From assembly GCA_043803945.1 (NCBI GenBank), contig JAZDJN010000091.1, forward strand, positions 1-64,000: DNA of 64,000 nucleotides. Reading direction: 5' to 3'. The position numbers were made by a program, and so were the translations under genes. This stretch comes from a bacterium. GTDB lineage: Bacteria > Bacteroidota > Ignavibacteria > UBA10030. This document shows, in pieces, positions 29,203 through 39,285 of this stretch (position 1 is the first letter of the stretch; every line of letters starts with the position of its first letter). The notes beneath the pieces are model-generated. The model saw only the letters and a list, made by a program, of their open reading frames with translations. It did not search any database and was not told the origin of the DNA.

Positions 29203-29560
29203 CTATCCTGTTTTCGGCGGATTCTCAAAGTTTTTCAAACTTAGTCCCGCTTCTAAGGATTCCGCCTTCGAGCGGGATTCCAGAAGGCGGAACTTTGCCC
29301 TGTACATAAAAAAGCCTGGGAGGTAATCCCCCCAGGCCGGTGAGCGATATGGTTCCAGATGCTATCCGCCAAACAGACGGCGGATTCTCAAAGTTCATCA
29401 GACTTAGCTGCGCCCTTCGGGTGTCAGCGCAATAAAAAGAAACCCAGAAAGTACTTTTCTGGGTTCGTTAATTCCGTTCCTATCCGCCAAACAGACGGCG
29501 GATTCTCAAAGTTTCTCAAACTTAGCTTCACCCTTCGGGTTCGCTAAGTTTGGAAACTTT
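29203..29560. repeat. Three dispersed copies of a double-hairpin element downstream of tRNA-Phe
   Basis: ctatcc(gccaaacagac)ggcggattctcaaagtt...cttag at ~29203, 29362 and 29480. Confidence 0.8.
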
Positions 29561-29565
29561 GGAAG

Positions 29566-29638
29566 TGGACAGGGAGGGAATTGAACCCCCGACACATGGA
29601 TTTTCAGTCCATTGCTCTACCAACTGAGCTACCTGTCC
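29566..29638 (-). tRNA. tRNA-Phe (GAA)
   Basis: GGACAGGTAGCTCAGTTGGTAGAGCAATGGACT-GAA-AATCCATGTGTCGGGGGTTCAATTCCCTCCCTGTCCA; 73 nt; CCA not encoded. Confidence 0.97.
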
Positions 29639-29691
29639 GAAAATTTCCACACTTAGTGAACCCGCAGGGTGAAACTACGTGTGTTGAAATT

Positions 29692-29910
29692 TTCAGGATC
29701 CGCCATCTTCTTGGCGGATCCGAATTACAACTAATTTCAAAAACGAAGTGAAGCTAACTTCATTGTAAAATTCAGGATCCGCCATCTTCTCGGTGGATCC
29801 GAATTACAGCTAATTTCAAACACGAAGTGAAGCTAACTTCATTGTAAAATTCAGGATCCGCCATCTTCTCGGTGGATCCGAACAACATCTCATTTCAAAA
29901 ACGAAGAGGT
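29692..29910. repeat. 79-bp tandem repeat (~2.7 copies) with GGATCCGCC...GGYGGATCC hairpins
   Basis: ttcaggatccgccatcttct starts at 29692, 29771 and 29850. Confidence 0.9.
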
Positions 29911-29940
29911 GCTAATTTCAAACTAAAATTTATTCACGCA

Positions 29941-29974
29941 AAAACAAAACCGGTGCGTTTACCACTCGCACCGG
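29941..29974 (-). terminator. Intrinsic terminator-like hairpin
   Basis: ccggtgcg-N9-cgcaccgg followed by a T-tract on the - strand. Confidence 0.6.
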
Positions 29975-30009
29975 AGCAAAAATAGCAGACTTTTGGTAGA
30001 AAGTCAATA

Positions 30010-31155
30010 CTACAATAGCACACCATTTTTCTTGAGGACATCACGGGCAATCACCAGGCGTTGCACTTCGCTTGTCCCTTCAAAAATCCGGTTGATGCGA
30101 TTGTCACGATAATATCTCTCGATGGGTAGATCGCGTGAATAACCCATCCCCCCATGAATCTGAACCGCCCAGTCGACAATCCGATCCAATGATTCTGAGC
30201 AGAAGAGTTTTACCTGGGCAGTATGACGGGAGACAGACTTTTTTGCATCATAGGCCGCCGCTGTGCGATAGACCATCGATTCCATTGCATAGATAAGCGT
30301 CGCCATATCGGCGAGCATAAATTGTATGGCCTGAAATTGTGCAATAGGTACATCGAATTGTACTCGCTGTTTAGCAAAGCGTGTCGAGAGTTCAAGCATC
30401 TCTTTTGCCGCACCGACACTTGCTGCACCCAACCCGAGCCGACCTGCATCGAGCGTTTTCATCGCTATCAAAAAACCACGTCCATCTTCGCCGATGATAT
30501 TCTCTTTAGGAATACGAACATTATCGAAGGTGAGAGCATTGGTTATGCTGCCGCGCTGACCCATCTTCTTCTCTTTCGGACCGGCACTGAATCCGGGAGT
30601 ATTCGTCTCGACCACAAAACCCGTTATTCCACGTTCTGTCCGGGCAAACACAGAGATCACATCGGCAAATCCGCCATTGGTGATCCAGAGCTTCTCACCA
30701 TTGATGACCCATTCATTGCCATCGAGATGAGCGTGGGTTTTCAAGTTAAAGGAATCAGAACCTGCCTGTGCTTCGGTCAATCCAAACGCACCGATCATCT
30801 TCCCCTCCGCAAGCGGGACAAGATATTTCTTCTTCAGTTCCTCAGAACCGCCAATGTAGATGGCATTCGCTCCAATCGATTGATGAGCTCCGATAAATGT
30901 TCCAACCGACATATCGCCGCGGACAATTTCTTCCTGAACAATGCAATAGCCAACCTCGCCAAATCCTCCCCCGCCATATTCAGGAGGGAACACTGCGCCG
31001 AGAATTCCCAGATCCCTTATTTTCTGTATCAATTCTTTTGGAATTTCTTCGTCTTCATCAATCTTCTGCGCAATCGGTTTAATTTCTGCATTTGTGAAAT
31101 CACGCACCATCTGCCTGAGCATAGTTTGTTCTTCGCTGAATTCGAATTCGAACAT
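30010..31155 (-). CDS. Acyl-CoA dehydrogenase
   Basis: FGLTE.QAGSD, NGEKLWITNG, KMG.RGS, R.QF, QIHGG.GY and IFEGTSE motifs. Confidence 0.95.
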   Translation of the reverse strand: MFEFEFSEEQTMLRQMVRDFTNAEIKPIAQKIDEDEEIPKELIQKIRDLGILGAVFPPEYGGGGFGEVGYCIVQEEIVRGDMSVGTFIGAHQSIGANAIYIGGSEELKKKYLVPLAEGKMIGAFGLTEAQAGSDSFNLKTHAHLDGNEWVINGEKLWITNGGFADVISVFARTERGITGFVVETNTPGFSAGPKEKKMGQRGSITNALTFDNVRIPKENIIGEDGRGFLIAMKTLDAGRLGLGAASVGAAKEMLELSTRFAKQRVQFDVPIAQFQAIQFMLADMATLIYAMESMVYRTAAAYDAKKSVSRHTAQVKLFCSESLDRIVDWAVQIHGGMGYSRDLPIERYYRDNRINRIFEGTSEVQRLVIARDVLKKNGVLL

Positions 31156-31205
31156 AGTTCTCCTTGAAGAATAATAATTGGGGATTTAAAATATATAATC
31201 AGTGA

Positions 31206-32084
31206 TTATTCGTCTGCACCAGCTTTGTGACCAGGTATCCCTACAATATCCTCTCCACCATCAACCCCGATCACGTTCCCTGTAACCCAATGTGCGCCAT
31301 CCTGTGCAAGAAGTGCAATGGCCTTCGCGACATCTTCAGGTGTGGTCAACCGGCCATGGGGATTCTTCCCTTTGGCATATTCACGCATCTTTACATGACC
31401 GGGAATTTTTCGGAGAGCCGGCGTATCCGTAACACCGGCCATAATTGAATTTGCAGTAATTCCCCAAGTGCCTAATTCCATGGCGAGTTGGCGAATATGA
31501 GATTCGAGACTAGCTTTAGCTGCAGAGATTGCACCATAATGAGGAATGATGGAATGTCCACCCGAGCTTGTCAACGCAAAAACTCGAGCTCCACGTTTCA
31601 TCAAATTTCTCGTTATTAATCCCTGAGTCCAGTACACCAGGCTATGCGCCATGACATCGAGAGTCATTTCCATTTGTGCCTGGTTAATGGTCTCATCGGA
31701 TTTCTTTGAGATGAATGGTTTCAGCGTACCAAATGCAAGGGAGTGAACAAGGACTTTGACGGTTGTGGTATTATCTTTCCCGAAGCGTTCCTGAATCTCA
31801 TCAAGAGCTTCTTCACGTTTGATGGAATCAGCCGCATTAATGTTAAAAAATACAGCATCGCTTCCAACGTGTTTAATATCTTTAATCAACTGCTGCACTG
31901 CGGGCATCGTTGCCTGACGGTCCAAATGGACACCAAAAATGTTCATTCCGTGTCGTGCCAATTCCAGTGCAATCGCGCCGCCAAAACCGCTGGATGCTCC
32001 AAGGATTAAAGCCCATTCAACCGATTTAAATCGGTGCTCCGTCTTCAACCTCAACTCCTCATTTTTGATAATTGTCGGACACAA
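31206..32084 (-). CDS. Enoyl-ACP reductase-like SDR (FabL/FabI-like)
   Basis: GASSGFG, YGAISAAK (YX6K) and GVTDTPAL motifs. Confidence 0.7.
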   Translation of the reverse strand: MCPTIIKNEELRLKTEHRFKSVEWALILGASSGFGGAIALELARHGMNIFGVHLDRQATMPAVQQLIKDIKHVGSDAVFFNINAADSIKREEALDEIQERFGKDNTTTVKVLVHSLAFGTLKPFISKKSDETINQAQMEMTLDVMAHSLVYWTQGLITRNLMKRGARVFALTSSGGHSIIPHYGAISAAKASLESHIRQLAMELGTWGITANSIMAGVTDTPALRKIPGHVKMREYAKGKNPHGRLTTPEDVAKAIALLAQDGAHWVTGNVIGVDGGEDIVGIPGHKAGADE

Positions 32085-32118
32085 GATAGCAGAAAATCAG
32101 CGAAAATCAAAGGTTTCA

Positions 32119-33951
32119 TTATTCAACCGTTACACTTTTTGCCAGATTTCTTGGCTGGTCAACGTTCGTTCCGCGGGCAACGGCAATGTAATATGCAAGC
32201 AACTGCAACGGAATGACATTCAGAATAGGACCGAAGAAACCATAGGTACGAGGTACGCGGATTACATACTCGGACAGAGCGTCGATGTCGTGGTCATCTT
32301 CATTCGCAATGGCAATGACTCTGCCTTTCCGCGCCCGAACTTCCTGAACGTTACTCATCACTTTGTCATAGATAGCGTCTTTAGGTACTATGCAGACCAC
32401 CGGCATCCGTTCATCAATGAGGGCGATCGGGCCATGTTTCATTTCGGCAGCCGGATATCCTTCAGCATGAATGTAGGATATCTCCTTCAGTTTCAATGCA
32501 CCTTCAAGTGCCACCGGAAAATTTGAACCGCGTCCGAGATAAAGAAAATTTTGAACATTCTTGAACTGCGCGGCGATCACCTGGATTTGGGTAAGATTGC
32601 TGAGAACCTGCTGCACCTTCCCCGGTATGGCGGCCAACTCATGGGTAAGAACACGAGCCTCCTCTTTCGTCATTCCCCGCAATCGGGCAGCGAAGAGTGT
32701 GATTAAGGCAAGCACTGTAAGCTGTGATGTGAATGCCTTTGTCGATGCGACACCGATTTCCGGGCCGGCATGGATATAAACGCCGCCTTCTGTTTCCCGT
32801 GCAATCGAACTGCCCACGACATTCACAATTCCAAGAACTGTCGCACCCTTCGCTTTTGCCTCCCGTACGGCAGCGAGTGTGTCTGCAGTCTCACCGCTTT
32901 GACTAATTACAAAAACGACATCCTGACTTGAAACCAGCGGATTGCGATAGCGAAATTCAGAGGCGTATTCCACCTCGGTCGGAATTTTGGCAATTTGCTC
33001 AAGCATATATTCGCCAACGAGCGCGGCGTGCCACGATGTTCCGCAAGCGACGAGAATGATCCGGTTTGCGGATTTGAGTTTTTCTGTAACCTGTTCCAAT
33101 CCGCCCAGCTTCACTTCTCCCTCTTCCACCAGAAGGCGCCCCCTCATCGCGTTCTGCACTGTCTCGGGCTGCTCGAAGATTTCCTTCAGCATAAAATGAT
33201 CATAACCGCCACGTTCGATCTGCTCCAGTTCCAGTGTGGTACGTTCAACCTCTTTCGTAATGGTAACATCGCCGAGAGTTTTTGTATGAACACCCTCTCT
33301 GGTAACAATAGCCACTTCCTCATCATCCAGATAGGAAATCTTCCGCGTATGTGCAACAAGTGCCGCAGCGTCGGAAGCAATGAGGTATTCATCATCACCA
33401 TACCCGATGACAATTGGGCTTCCTTTTCGGGCGACGATCAAGGCATCCGGCTGATGTTCGCTCATTACGACAAGTCCATAGGTTCCTTCAACCTGGATAA
33501 GGGTTTTTCGAACTGCCTCCTCTAATGATCGGCTCTCTTGCATAAACTGCTCGATGAGATGGGAGAGCACTTCGGTATCGGTTTCAGAACGGAACTGATG
33601 TCCGTCGTGTAACAGCTTCTGCTTTAGCACCCGATAATTCTCTATGACCCCATTATGGATGACCACGAGCTTTTGATGACAGTCATAATGCGGATGTGCA
33701 TTGATTTCTGTTGGCTCCCCGTGAGTCGCCCATCGTGTGTGTCCAATACCGATGGTCGATTGCGATGATTCCGGAGGTAGTGCCTTGATAAGGGTTGAGA
33801 CTTTACCGACGCGCCTGGTGATTGCGAGCCTGGCATCGGCAAGATAGGCAACGCCAGCCGAATCGTACCCGCGATATTCCAGCCGCCGTAAACCTTCAAC
33901 GACTATTCCTACTGCCTGTCGAGACCCGATATAACCAACAATTCCACACAT
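32119..33951 (-). CDS. glmS: Glutamine--fructose-6-phosphate aminotransferase
   Basis: MCGIVG start, LEYRGYDSAG, GHTRWATHG, C-terminal PRNLAKSVTVE. Confidence 0.98.
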   Translation of the reverse strand: MCGIVGYIGSRQAVGIVVEGLRRLEYRGYDSAGVAYLADARLAITRRVGKVSTLIKALPPESSQSTIGIGHTRWATHGEPTEINAHPHYDCHQKLVVIHNGVIENYRVLKQKLLHDGHQFRSETDTEVLSHLIEQFMQESRSLEEAVRKTLIQVEGTYGLVVMSEHQPDALIVARKGSPIVIGYGDDEYLIASDAAALVAHTRKISYLDDEEVAIVTREGVHTKTLGDVTITKEVERTTLELEQIERGGYDHFMLKEIFEQPETVQNAMRGRLLVEEGEVKLGGLEQVTEKLKSANRIILVACGTSWHAALVGEYMLEQIAKIPTEVEYASEFRYRNPLVSSQDVVFVISQSGETADTLAAVREAKAKGATVLGIVNVVGSSIARETEGGVYIHAGPEIGVASTKAFTSQLTVLALITLFAARLRGMTKEEARVLTHELAAIPGKVQQVLSNLTQIQVIAAQFKNVQNFLYLGRGSNFPVALEGALKLKEISYIHAEGYPAAEMKHGPIALIDERMPVVCIVPKDAIYDKVMSNVQEVRARKGRVIAIANEDDHDIDALSEYVIRVPRTYGFFGPILNVIPLQLLAYYIAVARGTNVDQPRNLAKSVTVE

Positions 33952-33963
33952 GGTAATCCCTTT

Positions 33964-34713
33964 CTATGGTTGCTTCATAACGATACTCGCCATCATTCTC
34001 CCCGATTTCTCGCGGTCACGTCTGTAAGAATGAAAGAGTTGAGCATTGCAGATTGTACAATGGGGTGCAATTTCAATATTTGTCTGACTCAATCCCTGCC
34101 GGAGCAATTGAAACTGATTTGCAGATTTCAGATCGAGAACTATTCTCTCCCCCCGCCGTTGTATGAATATTGCCTGGAATTGCGAGGCTACATCTTCTCC
34201 AACTTCATAGCAGCAAGGTCCAGCCGATGGGCCGATATAGGCTTTGAATGATGAGGGAGAACAGGAATATTTTTCGATCATTTGTTGAACCGCTCGTTCG
34301 ACAATTCCCTGGGCAGTTCCTCGCCAGCCAGCATGGATTGCTGCAATGACCATCCTCTCCGGATCAAAGAGCAAAATTGGCGTACAATCGGCTATTGTTA
34401 CTGCAAGTGCAAGGTTCGGCCTGTCAGTTATGAGTGCATCACATTCACCAACCGGCCCGGGCACAGTGACTGATTCCACCCGGCAGGAATGGATTTGCCT
34501 GGGATAGATAACAAGCGAGGGCTCGATTTCAAGCTGAGAAAAAAATAGCTCCCGATTCCTGATTACATTTTCCCGAGCATCGCCGATATTAAAACTCAGG
34601 CTCATCGAGAGCGGATCCGGACTGACACCGCCAAGGCGTGTACTGACAGCACACCGAATCTGTGGAAATAGAAGAAAGACAGATGGAATGATAATGGGAA
34701 TCTCAGGTTTCAT
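33964..34713 (-). CDS. pgeF: Peptidoglycan editing factor / YfiH family
   Basis: QIH, DALIT, ADC.P, HAGWRG, IGPS..PCCYEV, CT.C and SYRR motifs. Confidence 0.9.
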   Translation of the reverse strand: MKPEIPIIIPSVFLLFPQIRCAVSTRLGGVSPDPLSMSLSFNIGDARENVIRNRELFFSQLEIEPSLVIYPRQIHSCRVESVTVPGPVGECDALITDRPNLALAVTIADCTPILLFDPERMVIAAIHAGWRGTAQGIVERAVQQMIEKYSCSPSSFKAYIGPSAGPCCYEVGEDVASQFQAIFIQRRGERIVLDLKSANQFQLLRQGLSQTNIEIAPHCTICNAQLFHSYRRDREKSGRMMASIVMKQP

Positions 34714-37700
34714 ATCCGGAGGTCAATGGAATCTGAATCTCAATCGTTGTTCCCACTCTAACACTGCTTCGAATCCCGATAGTTCCATTTAAATCTTCGA
34801 TGATCTTACGGCAGATTGCCAGCCCTAATCCCATCCCTTCTGTTTTTGTTGAAAAGTTCGGTTCAAACACCTTCGACTGTAATTCCTCTGGAATTCCAGG
34901 CCCGGTATCGGTGATCATGATCCGGCATCGATTATCATTCACGATGGATTCAACAGTCACCATTCCATTGCTGCCCATCGCCTGGATACTGTTGCGGAAG
35001 AGATTGATAAACACTCTCCGGAGTTCATCACTATCGGCGATCAATTCCACCGGATCATTTCCAATCCGGGTTTGAAATTCGACGCCCTTGATCTCAGAGA
35101 AAAGATGAATTGTATCCTGAATGATTTTTTGAAGGTCGACGCGCTCGAACCGCCGGTGCGGCATTCGTGCGAAGTTAGAGAACTCTGACGCGATCCGTGT
35201 CAATGTATCGATCTGATCGAGAATAGTCTGACTTACCCGTTCAAGAATAGAACCGAACTCCGCAACACTGTCTTTATAAGCCTGCTGAAGGTGTTGAATC
35301 GAGAGTTTAATGGGGGTCAGCGGGTTTTTAATTTCGTGAGCAACCTGTTTAGCCATCTCCTTCCAGGCCAGTTCCCGTTCAGCGCGTGCCAGATTCGCCC
35401 TGTTGGCTTCCAATTCCTCAATCATGGTATTGAAGGAGCGGACCAACCTTCCGACTTCATCGTCGCTGTGCGGAGTAATCCGGACGGAGAGATCACCATG
35501 GCCAACTTGTTCAGCGGCGTACGATAAATCCTGAAGAGGTTTGGATAATTTACTGGCGATGAAGAAAGCGATGATTCCAATACCCCCCAGCACGGAAGCG
35601 TAAAGGCCAATGAGGAATGCGTTCCTTTGTGCAATGTCTTCCTCAATTTCATCCTGTCGATTAAGAACTGCGACAGAAAGTACTCCCAGCAATAGATCGT
35701 CTTTAATAATCGGGCGGTATCCAACGACATATTCAACTTCGCCAATACGTTCGATGTCCTTAAAAAATTCACGTTGCAGCAACGCGGCGTTGACGAAAGC
35801 GTTTGCACTCAGTCGTTCGTCGAGGATGGCAGCTTTGAACAGCTCTGGCCGGCTGCTCGCATGCACAAGGGAGGTGCCATACACCGTAAAATCGGTCCCC
35901 AACTCCGAAGAGATACTTTCACAGTAATCGTCTGTGATGCCCCGTATAAAATCTTCTTCACTTTCGATCGTCTGAGAAATCCTCTGATGGAGAAGGTCGA
36001 GATCACGTGAGAGCCGCCGTGTCACACTCTCATCCACCCGTTCAATGGCAAGTTCTCTATTGTAGTAGGCCATTACAAAGAGTGGAACAATCGCCAGCAG
36101 AGTAAATGTAAGGATGAGTTTATCGCGGAAATCGAGCCCGATCGCTTTCCCCCGCAACAGCCGCTGGATAAGCCATCCGAGAAGAACGATTCCAGAATAA
36201 AATAAATAAAGGCTGAGGGATTTCACAAAATTATAAATATACCAACGAATCGTAAGCGGCGGGACACTGATTCCTAGGATTCGCTCCGGGGAAACCTCAT
36301 CACGCACAAACAAGATATCACGCTGGACGTTGTCATTGTCATAATCGTACCACATCATCCTGAGGCCTCGGTTGTTCAGTTCCTCCGGAACTCCCTGCGG
36401 CAACGGCATACCACGATAGAAAGCATCGTCGGTGGTTGATTGAAGAATTCCATCACGATATTCACTGATGGAAAGCGTTCTGAGGCCCAGTTTCAATTTC
36501 TCTTCGGTAAGCGACCTCAGTGGAGCCGGAGCTTCTCCCTGGAATAATGTGTGCTGACCTGCAGAAAGCATGAGTGCGACATACCCAAAAGGACGCCCCT
36601 CCTCATCGAGTAATGGGCTCCACTCTCCATAGTCCCGTAACGTCCCTTCCGAGGTTCCTCGTTCTTGAACATTGAGAGATTCCTCTTCCTTTGAAAAAAT
36701 GTTCGCCAAAATTTCACGCTGCTGGTAAGCGGTGATCCCGACGGAAAACCGGCTGATTTCTCTTCGCTGTGCATTGTAGACATACAACGCAGAATTATAA
36801 CCTTCCCGGCTGATCTGCGTTTGAACCCAGAGAGAGAATGCCAGTGTCGAGGAGCGTAATGAATCGAAGTCACCCGATTTAAACAATTCATGAGCTTTAT
36901 CAGCGACTGAACGAACACCATCCGAAACAAGAAACGAATGCCACCGATCAATCGGCTGGGATATTTCGTACGCTAATTCTTCAATTTTCTGCTGTTCACG
37001 AATATACAGCTTTGAGTCAAGTATGAGATTAGAGAGGATAAAGACTGCTCCCATGGCAAGAAATAAGTACCTGATTTTTTGGCGCGGGAGGATTTTCTTC
37101 CCTCCGAGGAAATGTTCAAGACTCCAAACTGCAAAGAGGACAATTCCGAGTATCAGTCCGGTAAGCAGCGGTGACACTTGGGGAGTCTTATCAAGCAAGT
37201 AGTAGAAGAGCCATCCGATAACGAGGAGCAGTATCATGAGCAGCCATTCAACAGATTCCTGCAGCCGTTTCCCGCTGATCTCCTGGAGAATTCTCCTGAG
37301 GAACGAAACGATCATGCCGGCTATGACAAGGAAACAGAAAGTTACAGCAGCAATGTTAAGGTGCATCAGAAGAAGCGAGGCATCCGGTGTCATCGATCGG
37401 GGATCTTGATAGTTGATTGTCGAGTCGAACACCACACTCCGTAACGCCGCTCCATAGCCACGGATTAACCAGAAGACAACCGTGCTTATTACAAGCATAA
37501 TAAGTACGGCGACAATTTCCCTCAATGGAGTCCTGAGCCTGAGCAGCAGCCGTGGAGGCCGAATCTCAAACCTGAACACTGTTGTTGCCAGGAGGGAGAC
37601 CGATAACACCAGAGCAACTGTGGAGATTGTAAGATCGCCCAGAGAGCTGACTATGTCGAACCCGAATGGCGACCCAAATGGAATAGAGGAAAACAATGAT

Positions 37701-38638
37701 CCGCCGATAAGTTGGGAGGGAAAATCCAGCAGCCTCCATCCATAACGCACTGCCCAAATCAGAAGTATTTGCAGACTCACCCGGAACAATACTCTCAAGC
37801 GATTCAGAACAGGGAAAAGTATAGCGGCGAGCAGAATCATCGCAAAGGAAGTCCAGGCATTAATCCAATTCGTGATTAAACGATCAAATTCTTCGAGATC
37901 AACTTCGGGGCTAAGTTTGGGTGAAGTTAACGAGGCGAGAACTTTTCCCTGCAAATCCAGGAGCGAAATGGAATAATTCTCCAGCGCTGCAATCCCCTGC
38001 TGAGCTTCTCCCACACTCAATTCCATCGGCAGCGACAGCTCACGTGAAAGGTCATCCGCGAAACTTGAAGGAGCTATGAATCGATTGGAGATCGGATAAT
38101 TGACCTCTAAGGGAGCGCTCACCAGGATATAACATTGCATCCGCGGCACGTAGGTGCCGAACATGAGATTGGTACGAAGATCAGCACGCAAAATTGTGAG
38201 GAAGGTATCCGCTGCTGCATCATGGAGTAAAACCTCGTATTCAGATCTGATCGCTCTTCCCGACCAGGCCAGAACCACACCATGCGGATCAACAAGATCG
38301 ACAGTAATTTTCTCCGGAAAGAGATATTGCTGCAAACGTTTAAAGAGTCGAGCCAAATCATCCGGGTTGGTCGGAGCAGTGGGAACCATCAGCAGTGTAT
38401 CATGGTAGAGTCTGGTGGAAATGCTCCGGAGTTCATCCACACGCTGGTGAAACCGATTTCGGATAACTTCCCGGATATTCTGCTGCAGAATTGCTTCCCG
38501 TTCAGACCACCGGCTCGCACTGTACGAATGGACCATCTGCTTGTAGAGACTCAAACCGAGTACGATGGCCAGAGAAATAAAAAAGCCCCAGACGGCGGGG
38601 CGCTTCCGAAGAGAACTGGTCAAGAATGCAGAAGTCAT
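34703..38638 (-). CDS. Large multi-TM HAMP histidine kinase (NtrY-like)
   Basis: AWKEMAKQVAHEIKNPLTP, HAMP domain, FSTK..GMGLGL. Confidence 0.85.
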   Translation of the reverse strand: MTSAFLTSSLRKRPAVWGFFISLAIVLGLSLYKQMVHSYSASRWSEREAILQQNIREVIRNRFHQRVDELRSISTRLYHDTLLMVPTAPTNPDDLARLFKRLQQYLFPEKITVDLVDPHGVVLAWSGRAIRSEYEVLLHDAAADTFLTILRADLRTNLMFGTYVPRMQCYILVSAPLEVNYPISNRFIAPSSFADDLSRELSLPMELSVGEAQQGIAALENYSISLLDLQGKVLASLTSPKLSPEVDLEEFDRLITNWINAWTSFAMILLAAILFPVLNRLRVLFRVSLQILLIWAVRYGWRLLDFPSQLIGGSLFSSIPFGSPFGFDIVSSLGDLTISTVALVLSVSLLATTVFRFEIRPPRLLLRLRTPLREIVAVLIMLVISTVVFWLIRGYGAALRSVVFDSTINYQDPRSMTPDASLLLMHLNIAAVTFCFLVIAGMIVSFLRRILQEISGKRLQESVEWLLMILLLVIGWLFYYLLDKTPQVSPLLTGLILGIVLFAVWSLEHFLGGKKILPRQKIRYLFLAMGAVFILSNLILDSKLYIREQQKIEELAYEISQPIDRWHSFLVSDGVRSVADKAHELFKSGDFDSLRSSTLAFSLWVQTQISREGYNSALYVYNAQRREISRFSVGITAYQQREILANIFSKEEESLNVQERGTSEGTLRDYGEWSPLLDEEGRPFGYVALMLSAGQHTLFQGEAPAPLRSLTEEKLKLGLRTLSISEYRDGILQSTTDDAFYRGMPLPQGVPEELNNRGLRMMWYDYDNDNVQRDILFVRDEVSPERILGISVPPLTIRWYIYNFVKSLSLYLFYSGIVLLGWLIQRLLRGKAIGLDFRDKLILTFTLLAIVPLFVMAYYNRELAIERVDESVTRRLSRDLDLLHQRISQTIESEEDFIRGITDDYCESISSELGTDFTVYGTSLVHASSRPELFKAAILDERLSANAFVNAALLQREFFKDIERIGEVEYVVGYRPIIKDDLLLGVLSVAVLNRQDEIEEDIAQRNAFLIGLYASVLGGIGIIAFFIASKLSKPLQDLSYAAEQVGHGDLSVRITPHSDDEVGRLVRSFNTMIEELEANRANLARAERELAWKEMAKQVAHEIKNPLTPIKLSIQHLQQAYKDSVAEFGSILERVSQTILDQIDTLTRIASEFSNFARMPHRRFERVDLQKIIQDTIHLFSEIKGVEFQTRIGNDPVELIADSDELRRVFINLFRNSIQAMGSNGMVTVESIVNDNRCRIMITDTGPGIPEELQSKVFEPNFSTKTEGMGLGLAICRKIIEDLNGTIGIRSSVRVGTTIEIQIPLTSGYET

Positions 38639-38649
38639 TCAGATTGTTA

Positions 38650-39126
38650 TTAATAAATATTGAACTGGTTAATCACCCACTGCGATTGCTGCTTGACGAG
38701 GGAAACATACACCTGAGCGTACTCTTTTACCCCCTTTTTCACAAAAGTCAGCCTTCCAATAGCGAAAGGAGGAGATCCATCATCATGAAATCGTGAAAAC
38801 GAAAAGGACGAAGGTCTTTGCTGGATAAAATAGCTTCGGATGATGGAGGCCGCCTGATTGGCAGAATAGTATCCGCCTTCCGAGCCATGGACATTGACAA
38901 GAACCTGACGTGCGAAGCGATCGGACGATGATCCTATGGCGGACTCAAGTATTTCTCGTTCAATCTCTGAGAATAACTCACGGACCTGCGCCACGGGAGG
39001 GCGATTCCTATCAGTGAGCGTGTTACTAACGGATTCTTTTTTTTGCCTTCGGGGTATAAGTGAACGAATCTGTGCATCGGCAGAAACGACATAGACGATC
39101 ATCAATATGACGAGCACCCTGTTCAT
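38650..39126 (-). CDS. DUF4783-like exported protein
   Basis: Signal peptide; G.YS..QA..I...F....P..F pattern. Confidence 0.55.
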   Translation of the reverse strand: MNRVLVILMIVYVVSADAQIRSLIPRRQKKESVSNTLTDRNRPPVAQVRELFSEIEREILESAIGSSSDRFARQVLVNVHGSEGGYYSANQAASIIRSYFIQQRPSSFSFSRFHDDGSPPFAIGRLTFVKKGVKEYAQVYVSLVKQQSQWVINQFNIY

Positions 39127-39203
39127 GATTAGTGGCAAAGTATCAGAAAAGCATCTAAAAATCAACCAGTCCACGTTTTCCTTTTTTTCAAGTCGCTTTC
39201 AAT

Positions 39204-39261
39204 AAAAAGCGACACTTTCTTCTTCCAGATTGCCTCTCGCCTTGGTGATAGAAAGTGTCGC
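39204..39261 (-). terminator. Terminator-like hairpin
   Basis: 12-bp stem gcgacactttct/agaaagtgtcgc followed by a T-tract on the - strand. Confidence 0.5.
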
Positions 39262-39285
39262 CAATATACTGCTTCCTCGTGCTGC

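Noticed and set aside
29073-29547. Short + strand ORFs near the tRNA
   Set aside because: They run through repeats and terminators and have no protein-like features.
29692-29910. CRISPR array
   Set aside because: The sequence between the hairpins is nearly identical from unit to unit (a tandem repeat, not unique spacers), and there are no cas genes.
30223-31167. 314-aa + strand ORF
   Set aside because: Antisense shadow of the acyl-CoA dehydrogenase with no recognisable motifs. The same applies to 41013..41795, 55511..56269 and 57721..58392.
33952-33963. glmS ribozyme
   Set aside because: Only 12 nt separate pgeF from glmS, so there is no room for it.
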